From: Lepidodermella squamata
Lineage: Eukaryota; Animalia; Gastrotricha
Assembly (NCBI GenBank): GCA_047495785.1
Contig: JBLDXI010000029.1
Coordinates: 744,001-808,000, forward strand
Length of the DNA: 64,000 bases
Direction: 5' to 3'
Shown here piece by piece: positions 46,235-58,986 of the stretch. Numbering within the stretch: the stretch's first letter is position 1; the number at the start of each line of letters is the position of its first letter. The notes beneath the pieces are model-generated. The model was not told the origin of the DNA and ran no database searches. It was given only the letters and a program-made list of their open reading frames with translations. A program made the position numbers and the translations under genes.

Positions 46235-49200
46235 AAAAATTGATATAAGAATTTTTTATTGTTAGAATTCATTAGAATCATGGATCAGAAACTCTAAAAT
46301 ACGAGGCGGAGACAAATAATCTCAGTGTAAGAAAAATCTTAAAATAATTCAAAATTTTGTAAAATAAAATGGAAATCGAAGTGTATACGCCACTCGAAAA
46401 TGAAAGCGAAAACGCGGGAGAAATTGGGTCAAGCCGGGTAAAATTAAATACGTTAAATTTCTGAATAAATTAAAATCGGGGTTTACCGGGTTTTCTCCAG
46501 TAAAATCGAGAATGAATGATGGAAAATTCTACTGTCGGGTTCAATTTTGAAATTTTTTAAAAAACTAGTCAAATTTCACGCAAAAAATTGAAAAATAGTT
46601 GCTAAACTTCGTGTTACATCTAATCGATAAAGAGTTTCTGAAAGTTATTTAGGCGGTACATTTTCTTTAGGAAATACAAAACGACCTTTCACAAAATAGT
46701 TCCGAGCAAAATTGAATATATTCGCGGTGATCCTGATTTTCGAAAAATTATGGAAAAATTCCAGAGATTCGATGACAATCCCTGAACCTTTTGACCTTTT
46801 TTCTAATTTTCTAGAAAATCGAATACTATTCAAAAATGTTTGGCTTTATCCACGCGCTAATTTAAATTTCCCACCTTCAGAAACCGTTAAAAGACATTAG
46901 ATTTGTTAAGAAAAATAATTCTGAAAATCTCGTAAAAATTCTTAATATAAATTTTAAGCCGAACACTTTTCCGCCAGCTTTCACAGATAGGAATCAGAAA
47001 GTCAGTCTAAAATGCGAGGCGAAGTCACAAATAATTGCTGGAAAATTCCAAAAATGCCAGAAATCATAAGGTAATAATTAGGTATCGTATAGTTAGGTAA
47101 TAAGGTAATATTAGAATTGAAAAATCGCAAGAGAAATTTGATCCAACCTGATAAAATTGCAAAATTATAGAAAATTGCTGCGCAAGTATGGGACACGGCG
47201 GAATAAAATCGGCGAAATTGTGACGAGATTTTTTCGAATATTTCGAATAGAATTTTCTCCGAAAAATTGGAATAAAATCAGTCAATTGCAAGCGTGAAAA
47301 ATGACTATGAAAAATAACAAATAATATCAAAATCGCCGAGAAAACTTGAAGTTGGCCTCGCTGATGGACCAATCGGAATGCGGGGTTGACGGAAGCTTTG
47401 GCGGGAATTTGCGATAAAACGGATGAATACACAAGTTAATTACAATTGAGTAATTGAAATGCTTTGAGGCTGAAATTGAAGATATTAAGGTAATGGAGTT
47501 GAAGGTGGATCGAAGTACGACCATCGCCCGCGCTTCTCGAGGCACTGAAAAGTAGGACAGGAAACTAAGGATAAGGATGAAGAAATTGAAATAAAATTCG
47601 ACTGAATGACGATTATCGTTATCATTCCCGACTTGACAGCTTTTCCACCGTTAGCTTTTATACGCGCGCGCTTTGCCTCGTGATCTTGGCTGACAAGCGA
47701 ACGCGGCAAATTTGGGGAGACAATGTGAGAGGCACGAGCGATTGCGTAATTTACGTTTTAAATGTATTGTCTGCTAGAAGATGAAGCGCGTTTCACAAAA
47801 ATAATTGGGGAGCACATTGCTTTGGACAATTCCCGATGAGAGAAAACAGTTTAAACCAGAGCATATCTTTTCGCTGAGTCGTCTCCCATAGCCTGATTTG
47901 ATTAGTTTGCATTGTCCTCGCTTTCAAAAATGAGATCAAATGCAATAGAACCGAAATGAAAGTCGTGAGCCAACTTCAGTCACATTTTCTAGCAGCGTTG
48001 TTTTTTCTCTACGCTCAATGCTCAATAATTATTATTTCAGCCTGAATTTAGGGCGAAAATTCAGTCCATTTCTGGGTTTTTCCTACTTTGCCAGCAACCA
48101 GGTGATTTATTTTCAATTCAGAATGACCGTATTCTATCTCACATATATGACACAATAAGCTGGGCGTACTCTCGATTCTGTTGCTCATTGGCCTGCCCCT
48201 GAGCTGAACAAGAAAAACCGAAGCAACTGGTACACATGTCCCACTTGATTTCGCCGATCCTTATCCGATGCAAAATGAAGGATGATCCAAGCGAGCATCG
48301 ATAAATGGCCATTATGTTGCTACTATTTTCAGCGTTGAGTCATTAAGGAAGGATTCGGTAATTTCGGTATACGAAATGGTTGCGATACGAGATTATTTGG
48401 GCCGGAATAAATATGAAATGGTCACGATTTTCGAACTTGGATAGTAATGAATAAAATGAGGCAATTTGAGGAGGCTTTTATTAAACAATTATTATAGTCA
48501 CAAATATTATCCAATCAAACCTATAATTTGATACAGCGTGTCCCTATAAAGTTGCGGAACTATTTTTTTATTTGGCATCTTCAAGTAGAAAATTTCATTG
48601 TTTTATTTAAATTAATACCTACCGAGAGAAGTTTTCATCTTTTACACGCGATTTAACCGAAGAAATAAAAAATGTAACGAAGAAAACCGGAGAGAACCCC
48701 GATGGTAAACTGGTTCGGTAATCGGTTATTTTCGGTATTTTACCCGGTTCGACCAAATTTCTCCGGACTTTTTAATCTTTAATTTTACATTAAAAAGTAA
48801 CATACTTGATTACTTTTCCCGTGATTTTTTTAAATTTTACTAAAATTTGTCTGGCGATGAGTTATGACTTCGCCTCTCATTTAAGAGTTTTGAGCCATTT
48901 GCCGTGTATTTTCTTTGCTTGCATCACTTATGGAACACGCCGTATGAGCAGCTTCCAAAGGCTTCCCAGGTTGGAATATGCATCACTTGTAAAACTATCA
49001 AAGCCCAGACTATTTACTAGTGACTTAGACTCCTCGGATGAGGTAGGAATTAGAGAACGACTGCCCTAATTTCGGCTGCTTCATCCATCAGGTTCGCTGA
49101 TAGGTATTAACTCAGGTTTAATAGCGTTAATTTCGTCTTGGCAGTAAGCTGATTGCGGAAATATCGCGTTTGAGCCCACTAATAAAAAATAATAATCAGG

Positions 49201-49392
49201 AAACGTTTTGATAAGGATCATTTGAATTTGGCAATAGCACTGCATCTGGTATCTGGTATGTGAAGCCTATGACTTCAAGCAACTTCAAAATAAAAAATCT
49301 GCTGTCGATTACCGCTTAGTGCACGACAAAATTGGACAGGGTAACAAGATGAAGACCTGTGTTGTCTGGGATAGGCCTGTGATGCATGTGAA

Positions 49393-49474
49393 GCTGCTAT
49401 GCCCGAGTGGTTAAGGGGTCTGACTTGAAATCAGATGCGGTCTCCGCGCGTAGGTTCAAATCCTACTGGCAGCG
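49393..49474 (+). tRNA. tRNA-Ser(UGA), copy C
   Basis: Identical to 17023-17104. Confidence 0.95.
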
Positions 49475-49672
49475 ACATTTTTTAACACGAATCTCTGAAC
49501 TCTGAAATTTCAAATTCCAAAGGTTCAATAGAACCCTGGGTTCGATTCCAATTCGAGTAATGAATGTTTATTTTCAAGGCTGAGAGCTGATTTTGAATGC
49601 GTAAATTAGCCGTCCTGAATTAATTTCTAAGCTCGAGTGACATTCAAAAGGGCATCGAGAGCCGCTACCTTT

Positions 49673-49689
49673 GTCGATCTTCGGATCGG

Positions 49690-49728
<39 letters not shown>

Positions 49729-49779
49729 GGCCCCTGCGCAAGGATGACACGCAAAATCGTGAAGCGTTCCATATTTTTT
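49673..49779 (+). ncRNA. U6: U6 spliceosomal snRNA, copy C
   Basis: Identical to 17294-17400. Confidence 0.97.
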
Positions 49780-49851
49780 GCAATGGCTCACAAACCCCTC
49801 AAGAAACAAGGATCTAATACAGTAGGAATTATGCGCCCTGTTTGTTCAACT

Positions 49852-49924
49852 GCCTTCCTAGCTCAGTCGGTAGAGCATGTGACTTTTAATCACAGGGTCG
49901 GGGGTTCGAGTCCCCCGGAGGGCG
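49852..49924 (+). tRNA. tRNA-Lys(UUU), copy C
   Basis: Identical to 17473-17545. Confidence 0.95.
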
Positions 49925-49994
49925 CATTATTTTTTCATGTTTTTTGGCGATTGCATCATTCTACAGTCAAACAATGCAATAGTTCTCCATGAAA

Positions 49995-50066
49995 TCCCTG
50001 ATGGTCTAGTGGTTAGGATTCCGCGCTTTCACCGCGGCGGCCCGGGTTCGATTCCCGGTCAGGGAA
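49995..50066 (+). tRNA. tRNA-Glu(UUC), copy C
   Basis: Identical to 17618-17689. Confidence 0.95.
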
Positions 50067-50353
50067 CACTTTTTCATCAACCTCGAGCGATTTTCATTCA
50101 TCAGAAAATCTTGTTTCCAACTATTTGCGAAATGTGACCCATCTCCGATATTTACTGTTTTTCTTTGTAAATGAAGAATGTCATCACAATTACTGCGAGC
50201 TCATCATGCATCGAGCAATTGTTCCACTAATGGCGATTTGCGACCGATAATTAGCTGATTTGCTATAAATTGGCTGAACTCCATCTTCAACAGCATTCTA
50301 AATCCGTTTTGCGCTTTCATCAGCATTTCCAATTTATCAATTCTCCAATCACC

Positions 50354-50917
50354 ATGCGTATTGCTTTTGTTTTGACTGTTGCTGTCCTTATGGCTCTTGG
50401 TTATACTTTGAAGCTAGTGCTTTCGGCGATAATTCACTATTTTTTATTATTTTCAGCCTTCACTGAGGCTGAAGCTGGCCGTGGCAAGCCGAATAAGGAA
50501 GTTTCCCGAAGCTTCTCGTACAGCGTCTCGAAGAGCGGCTCGTACCAGAAGAACAAGCGGCCGGTGAAGAACTTCGGCAAGAAGTTTGTCTCGAAGCGCA
50601 ACAAGCGCCGCGGCTCGTACTCCAAGTCGGTGTCCGCATCGGTGTCCGCCCGCACCAACAAGCACACCCGCAAGGTGTCCACCAAGAAGTTCAAGCGCGT
50701 GCACCAGCGCATGTCCAAGTCTGGCTCGTACTCGCGATCGGGCTCGTTCGGCGGCCGCAAAAACAAGCGTCACGGCAAGTTCAACAAGAAGGCTGGCCAC
50801 AAGAAGTTCGGCGGCAAGCGCAACAAGGGTCGCAAGAGCCACAAGAGCGGCAGCTACTCCGCCTCCAACAACTTCTCGTACAGCGTAGCCGTCGAGACTG
50901 GCGCTGCTCCCCAGTAA
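50354..50917 (+). CDS. Secreted Ser/Lys/Arg-rich basic protein, copy C (exons 50354-50399, 50457-50917)
   Basis: Paralog of copies A and B, same exon lengths, signal peptide, TATA at 50264, AATAAA at 51036. Confidence 0.88.
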   Translation: MRIAFVLTVAVLMALGYTLKLVLSAIIHYFLLFSAFTEAEAGRGKPNKEVSRSFSYSVSKSGSYQKNKRPVKNFGKKFVSKRNKRRGSYSKSVSASVSARTNKHTRKVSTKKFKRVHQRMSKSGSYSRSGSFGGRKNKRHGKFNKKAGHKKFGGKRNKGRKSHKSGSYSASNNFSYSVAVETGAAPQ

Positions 50918-51275
50918 ATAGAATCATTGCTGACGCCCAGGTGGGCAAGAACTGATATATAAAAGCTTTGCAATCGTGCATTTTTGATATACTTACTACT
51001 TACCTAACGGTTTGGATTATTAATCCCATTGACGAAATAAAATGGGCTTCCGAACAGTGGAATCGTAGTTTCAAAAATGGCTGAAAATGTTTTTTATAGC
51101 GTAAGTATGGAGTGTCAAGATCCGGTGAAAACTCAAAAATTAACCTGATGGGGGAACAAATCTTCAAGTAATTTCTTTAAGCTCATTTTATTGAGAAGAA
51201 TGTTAAAACGATAATTATAGATGATCCGGAATATTCATAAATCATTAAAGGCTAGCTACGACGAGCCTAGATATG

Positions 51276-52865
51276 TTACTGACGATGCGTGGCAATGACT
51301 TTGTACTTGGGCGGAACATAAGTGATTCCAGCATCACCTGCTTCTATGTCCACATCTTCGCCCGGAGCGAAGGAGAACGAAAATCGCTGTAGCAGCGATA
51401 CAAGGAAAATGAAATATTCAACACGGGCGAGGGACTCGCCAAGGCAAACACGAGGCCCGATTCCAAACGGAATGAAATGATGCCCATGGTTGATGAGTTT
51501 ACCATTCGCATCAATCCATCGATCAGGGTTGAAAACATCCGGGTCTTTCCAGTAAGTCGGATCATGATGCACAGCGTGGACGTTGGGCGAAACGAATGCC
51601 TTGGCCGGAATATCATAGCCACGGAGGGTCGTGTCTTGTGTGGTCACGTGACTAACACTGAGAGGAGCCACAGATGGATGGCGCAATGCCTCGCACATCA
51701 CTGCATCAATGTAAACCAATTCAGGCCGATCTTCCAGAGTAGGTAAACGATTGCTTGCTCCAATGACAGAATCCACAGCATTTATCGCCTTCTGTTGAAT
51801 ATCAGGATGCTTGCAGAACCAAACCAGCGTCCAATTCAGTGCCGTAGCTGTAGTTTCTGTGCCAGCGAGGAATAAATCGAGCATAACACGGGAGTACTGT
51901 TTGACAGTCATGATGGTCTCGCCCTTCTTCTCAGCATCGATGTACAAATCAGCGAAGTTGCGAATGTGATCTGGGGAGAATGTTTGGCGATGCTCATCTA
52001 TCGACTGCACCATCATGCGATGAACCAGCTTAAAGACCGTTTCTTGCAATTCAAACTGTAAACATTCAAATGATTAGCCGTAGCTCGACGCTTCACTGGA
52101 TTGACTTACTATTTTGATTTTAATAAAGTACTGAGTTATAGGCACGATAGTAGTTATCGCGGCTGCTCCCAAGGGCGTAGCGAACAACTCAGCTGTAGTT
52201 TCGAGCAGTGACTTAAAAAAGGGGTCTTCATAGTCAAATCGCTTCCCGAAAACAATAGCACAAATGATATTGGAAACAGTATTGCCCAGCAGGTGGTGAG
52301 GAGTGAATGGTTGCCCGGCTCGTCGTTCAATCTCCTGCGCCAAATAGCTAACCTCATCGTGCAGTTTTTCAACGATATCAGCCCGGCCCATCCCAAAATC
52401 GCGCATCGATCGCATTACAAATCGCCTTCTGATTTGCCATTCTTCACCTTGGGCGTTCACTACACCGACTCCTTGCGGCTCGTAGATAACGCTTGAAGAG
52501 CGCCCGGAAAATGCAGTAGAGCCAATGACCAAAGCCTCTCTAATCACATCTGCATCCACAAGAGCTAGCAAACGTCTTTGTCCGATATAAGTCCATACTA
52601 TCGGGCCGTGTTGCTGCGCTAGCTTTTGCAACTGTCTCCAACGTAGCCTTATGCCCTGTTTCGCTAGTCTAGCCTGGCCAATCGTTGTACCTGTCCAAAA
52701 TAAATTGTTCGTGGACAAAAGAAGTTAAGGTGTTCACATAATACCAAAGAAAGGTACAGGGATCGGCCCAGGCGGAAGTTTCCTGAACTTTATATAATCA
52801 TACAGGTAAATTTTAGACCCTATGAGGGCCAGTATCAATAGAAAACCAAGAATGTATATCAACAT
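51276..52865 (-). CDS. Cytochrome P450, CYP2 clan, 3 exons
   Basis: N-terminal anchor plus LPPGP, WxxxR, AGTETT, ExxR (EALR), FNPDRW, heme motif FGIGPRVCLGE; two short GT-AG introns. Confidence 0.95.
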
Positions 52866-53640
52866 TGTAATTAGAAATATGTAATTGCGCTAAATTCATG
52901 AATTACAGCGCCTTGCTGTGATATCATGAATAATATCTTGGGTTATCACGAGGAGAGATAAAGAACGCCGGAAATTATTTGTCCATTTGGACCGGCAACC
53001 GCCAGGGTCATAATTTGGCCACTTTTCAAGGTCGGTTATAGATTAAAGTCATGTTAATCTCACTCGTGCACCAAACGCGCAGTCACGCTCAGAATAATCT
53101 TGGCTTTGAGGGAACAACTTTATAGCTTGTCCTGAACTAAACTGAACTGAAACACAAACATTCTCGATTGTGACTCATCTCCTCGTCTCCTTGCAATTTT
53201 TTTGCCCCTTTGTCGCGTAAAGTCTGACGTGGCTTGTCATATTATATACCAAAAGTAGGGTGAAAATTCATTGCTCGGAAGTGTCAGAAAATTCTCCTTT
53301 TGGCATTATCCTGTGTGTGAACAATTCCCTGACTTGAAAAAAAAGAAGTCATTGCTGGACGATTTTCTTTTACCATTTTGCGAAACATTCAAGCTTTTCC
53401 TTCGTAGTAAGTACGCTCGCCTCGCGTGAGGCGCCTGGCAACACTGATTTAATTATGTATCACGGCTAACATCGCGTCATGCAATGCACAGGCTCATGTA
53501 ATGAAATAAAAATATACTGATACTCGCACGTCTCATTCTCAGAATGAGGCCGGAATAATCTAACTCAGAGCTATCCGTGCGCTTGAGTTGATTTTGAAGA
53601 AGAAACCAATGCGGAAAAACTTGTATCTCCGCAACTTATT

Positions 53641-55020
53641 ATGGCTAGCGACAAAGCGCATCAAGATAGGATACTAATGTCTTTCGACGAAGATGACGAC
53701 GAGGAAGAAGAGTCGGATGAGGACGATTTAAACGACGACATCGATATTAATAGGGTCTCGGCTAATAGCAAAGTCCGTATCGGCAGCACTGCTTCTATGA
53801 GATCTCACCCATCAACAACGCCACAGCAGCGACATTCCCAGCCGTCGCGACTTTTCCTCGGCAGGGAGTCAAGTGCAGCTACAACGCCAGCGCTAAATCG
53901 AAAACAGCCAGCTAACCGCCTCCAATCCAACAACTCAACAGCGTTCGATTTCAGCTTCTCTGCACTCGCGCCTATCGTGATCTGCGGCAGACGGTGGACA
54001 TACAAGTAAGAATGACGGGGTAAAGTCCAGGCATTGCTCGCGTCATATTACGCCTCAGACTACTAAAAGCGTGATGCTATTTGAAACCTATTCGTGATAA
54101 AAATACTTCATAAATAAGCTAGACGAGTGAATAATCGAGGCTAGTTTTCCAAAAAAACGAAGAGCTTGCGTCATCTCGAAATAGAATCGTGATATTAAAT
54201 TTATACGTTCGTGCAAATATTTGCCGAATCAGGGCTATTTAGGCAGCTTTATTCAAATCATAAAGCATTATGCCTTCCATGAGCGAACCTTTGCTTTGTT
54301 TTGTTCGAAGGCTGTCGATAACTTCAATGCTGCCCGACGATGCTGGGGTAGCGGTTCTTCGCGAGACCTTCGAACTAGTCAAAAGGAATGCAGATTCTAT
54401 ATCGATAGTAGCACTTCGCGGTCTGTTCGATCGTCTACCTTCAGCTGCTGAGAAGTTTGCAAAAGCTGGGCGAATCGTGCATGTCGACGATGAATGTAAG
54501 ATCTCTTATGTTTGAAAATCAGAATTTCATCGCTTCTTTAACAGGGGAAATAATAAATCACGGCCGAATTTTCCTTGGAGCCATTGAAAAGTGCATTTCG
54601 CGTGCGAAGGATGCCCCTGCACTCAAAGCGTACTTGAGCAATTTAGGGAAGATGCACAATCGCGTTGGTGTTCGGTCAACGGAAGTTCCTGTCGCTCTTC
54701 ACTATTTCGAATCAGCGATTCTCGACTTCCTTAGACCTTGCCATCACCATGTCGAGAGAACTAGCATCTTATTCACGAATCGCAACAAGCTAGCGCATCT
54801 TGCTGCGGGAGTTTCTATCCCTCAGGGTTTGAGCCTGGTAGACTACAGCGGCTCAAACACCGAAGAAACGTCGTCGAAGGATTTGGGCCTTCCTGATCCT
54901 AGCGGGGCTGATAACTCTGAGCCTGTTCCATCTCCTGTGGTATCTTGCTTCGTTTGCACAACGTGGCGGAATTTCTTCGACTTGATTAACATCTTACTGG
55001 TTACGGATATTAAAGAATGA
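53641..55020 (+). CDS. Globin with long acidic/disordered N-terminal extension (exons 53641-54005, 54311-54495, 54545-55020)
   Basis: A-helix VLRETFELV, LFDRLP..F (C2 Pro, CD1 Phe), distal NHG, proximal LGKMH, H-helix WRNFF; junctions in phase. Confidence 0.75.
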
Positions 55021-55722
55021 CGCTGTAAAATAGCCCGCGGGAGATATAAATCATTGAAATTTCGGCGAATGGATCTTTTGGTAAATAAACTGCGTGATGT
55101 GTCACACTTGTTGCCACGTGAGGGTATTACGATTTACGAGTTAAGTTTTTATATTATTCAAACATAATGCGCGACTTCAAAATCTGAGTGTATTCTATCG
55201 AGGAAACGAGGCATGCCTACGGAGAATTCATCAATTTGCTCACATCTCTCGAAATTTGTAATAACCCTTCGGCACTCATTTTGATCAGAAGACTATAGTG
55301 TGACTGAGGGCCGGGTCAGCCATATAAGTCGCCTTAGAACAAATTTGATACAAAAACAACAGGGACGAGGCCCTTACGAGCAAGGGCCCGCGTGTGCCAG
55401 ATCTGCAATTTGCCTTAGGCCCTTTGGTCATTTTTAGTTGTCATGATCAGTGGGATCTGGTGCGATTAGATGGACGGCAGCCGTATTGTGTGTATCGTAA
55501 CTTGGCAAAAGCCGCGAACTCCGTTTCCATACCTTTTGACAATAAATTTGTGGTCACATTCTGGTTTAAGCATAAGAACGGCGATTTTTGAAGAGGATTC
55601 GGATCACGCAGGAGAGATGCTATACGGCTGCAATACTTTCGCCTCCACGAACAGCTCAAGGTTGAGAATAATCTAAAAAGATCGCGTGAACTGGAAACAT
55701 CAACCTCCGATCTAAGGGAATT

Positions 55723-56638
55723 GCACATTTCCCCATCCGCCGGTGTTTCCTCCACGCGCGCGCTCCTATTGGTTGGTTAAATTTACGCGTAATTGCACGG
55801 CGCGCGCATTTATTGCGCAACAAATAATTGCAGCTTTCTACGCGCGCGCTGCAGAATCACAAGAAAACCACAAGTCAGCTAGCCCGAATTGAACAAGTCC
55901 AGTATATCATGTGAAGCGCGCGCATCGAGAGTACATTTTTCAATTAGTATCAAGTTTGAAAAAATTGCAAATCAAGAAGATATGCGAGAAATAATGATGC
56001 CTTAAAATGGACAGGGCGCTCAAAGCAAAATAAAATCGCGCCACTATGGTTCATCATGATATTATGTCGCTTTCGTGAATTCGCAATTTTTCTACATTTT
56101 TAGAAGCGCTTGAGTTTTGATCATTCTAAGGAATTTTTACATCCACTTTATATTATAAGCGGCTTTAATGAGCGGTAACTTTTCAAAGGCATAAACTTTC
56201 AAGGGCAAGAAACATTTTTTAATCAATTCGATGTAGCGCGAAAATAATCAAATGGTTGGAGTCTCAAGCTATATTTTGATGAAAATCACCGAAAATAGTT
56301 CGTGCCATCGGTGCGCGCTTTCGCAATTTGTTAGTTAAAATTTGAATTTTCTAATTTGCGCATTATTTTCTATTTTCTATTCAATAGATCGGTAAATACG
56401 AACAAAATACATGATAATCCATATTTTGTCAAGTTTTTCGACAACAAAATCTGCCTTAATTTATGCTTTTTTATTTTCTTGAAAGCATTTCGCTGACTCA
56501 GCGCAGGGCGCAGCCGTCTTTGCTCTTATCCGTGCGCGCGCGCGCACGAAGGCTGTAATTATCTCAGTTGTTGCGCAACAAGGCCCAGCCAATAGGAGCG
56601 CGCGCGCGGAGGAAACACCGGCGGATGGGGAAATGTAC
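55723..56638. mobile_element. Mutator-like (MULE) non-autonomous element, 916 bp
   Basis: ~50-bp TIR G(C/T)ACATTTCCCCATCCGCCGGTGTTTCCTCC.., exact 9-bp TSD AAGGGAATT. Confidence 0.9.
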
Positions 56639-56819
56639 AAGGGAATTTGAACCATTTGTTTACCATCTCATCTGTGTGGCTGGTTGAGTTCCTGTTATCG
56701 GAAGGCTTTCAAGTGACTGTTCCGAGACAGGAAGTCCTGCAGCGTCGAAGTCATTAAATTTCCGAGCGCAAGGGTATAAATGGAGCACTTTAACTTCATT
56801 CGCGGACCACGGACCACAT

Positions 56820-58507
56820 TGAAACCAATTTTATTTTCTTTGCCTTGGAATTCAGCGAAGCTAAACCGAAGTTATACGTGCTCCGTTTGTTAAATTTTCG
56901 AAATCAGCAGGTCGAAGGATCGTCTACGGTAAGCTCAAGACATGGCCGTGGACTTGGTCAACAACCGAAGCTTGGCTCAAGTAATAAGGAAGCAGATGCG
57001 TAGCATCTACTACATCGGATCTTCTCAATTCGCCCTTGAAAATAATGGCGGTGTTCAGCTAGGATACGATTTACAAGGATTCGATGCCATTTTTGCTACG
57101 CTCTCGAATGGAACTAAAAGGGAGGACTATACCGAGCGAATTTTTGTCGCGACAGAATTCTTCATAGTCTATTAGTTCTTGACGAAACTGAAAAACGTCT
57201 AGCACAACTAAATATGTCGCTACGAGACTACAGGAATAATAGGTCAACTGTTATGGGCGTCGTGAATCAAACAGTTCCAGCCCTGCCTTTCACTGGGCTA
57301 CGAATCGGTAAGTTCAGATACATTGAACGGCTGGAAGTTGAGGAAGATGTTTGCTACGTTTCCAGCCAATCGTCAGCACTTGTGCTCAACTATAACTTGA
57401 AAATTGAACTCGGTGGTGAACTCTTATCGGGAAATGCTAATAATATTTCAGCCAGAATGAAATTTGCCCCATCACAGTCCGAGCCACTGACGTGGGCTAC
57501 CCCAGACGGGGAGCCGCGGAGACAGTGCTCTGATTGTTGTTACAACAGAAAAGATATTCCCAGAAGTTCTTTACATAATTGCATCGCTTGCTGTGCTGGC
57601 TTTTGCTCTGAAAGTTGCCGCCATAGGCGCATTTCACTAAGCTCGTAAGTCGAAACCACTCGAGTCATTCAAGCGTGAGTGGTTATTCTTGCTATCGTTT
57701 GGTTGCATTTCGCTCGAAATTGCCGCGGTTCTTTTCGCAGCTGGGCTGGAGACAAACGGCGAGCTTACGTGTACTACTCGTATCATACTCTCCATTATTG
57801 GACTCACAGTTTTACACAGCTTTTTGCTGGCAAACGTCATGCGAAGATATCATTTTCCCGAATCTTATAGGACTAGCGCTCAATCCACGATTCACTCAGG
57901 AATTAGTACAAAGGGTTTAAGTCAAAAGGCCGGTCAGTCGTTGCTCGACAGCAACGAAAGCAAAAGATGACAGTTGCTTTTTCGAAAAATTTCACTACTT
58001 CTGTGGTGGGATTGATTGCCATCGTGAATATTTTTATCGATTGCATTATTGTTGTTCTGGAAGAGAACTCAAGTTCTGTGAACGAGATTGGACGAAGAAT
58101 CATTCTATGGTGAGTCGAGCGACACTGTAAACAAGGTTTTTGAATTACAGTGCTTCTCAGAATCTGCGACTATTTTCTATGCGTTGATCATTAGCTGTCA
58201 TGGTTTGATCTTGTTGGCTTCGGCTTTTATGTCGTATCAACTGCGATCAAAAGCCGATATGAAACATCTGCGTTTCGCAATCATAGGCGAATCTACCCTT
58301 TTCATCGGCATTTGCCTCATAGTGTTAGTGTTGTCCTCCTCTTCGGCCACGTCGCAATACCTGGCAATTTCAGTCGGGCTTTTTATTGTCGCGGTGTCGA
58401 TACCATCCTTGATTTTCACCGTCTGTACTCCTTGGGTTTCCAACAAGAGCAAAACAGTTCAGCTGCTGGAAAAGCTAAACGCTAACGCTAGGGCGATGCA
58501 ACTGTAA
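56820..58507 (+). pseudogene. Pseudogene of GABA-B-like class C GPCR
   Basis: Collinear with 58987-61365 but has a ~650-bp internal deletion near 56970 and several frameshifts. Confidence 0.85.
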
Positions 58508-58986
58508 CGTATCAGCCAATTTCGACTGAATAGATTGTTGTACTATAATATATTGTGTAATAATTTTTCGCGATCTTTTCCGTTAGCTCAGGAAATGAAA
58601 TTTTCATATAAACTTAAATTTCGAGGACTGTCAAAGCCGAAGTACCGAAATCGTCCTTTCTGCTGTGAAAGGGTTGAAGAAATCATCGTTTCTGCAATAT
58701 TCAAAGAAGTAAATGCGCGATTTCAGCTGATTTCTTTACAAAACCCAAGTGTCTTCTATTGAGTATACGACGCGAAAATTTGAGAAGTGCACGATAGATG
58801 ATGATGGATAAGTGCGATTGTATCAAAGTGCCGCCAATTTACGCCCTCACATGTCGTAATAATCATCGGTACTCATGTGATCGGAAGATTGCCGCCGCAG
58901 TTCTGAAACAGGAAATTTCGGCCATTAGAAGGTAGCAGCCGTATTTAAAGTGCTTGGAAAACTACCATACATGTATTCGAAGCTTG

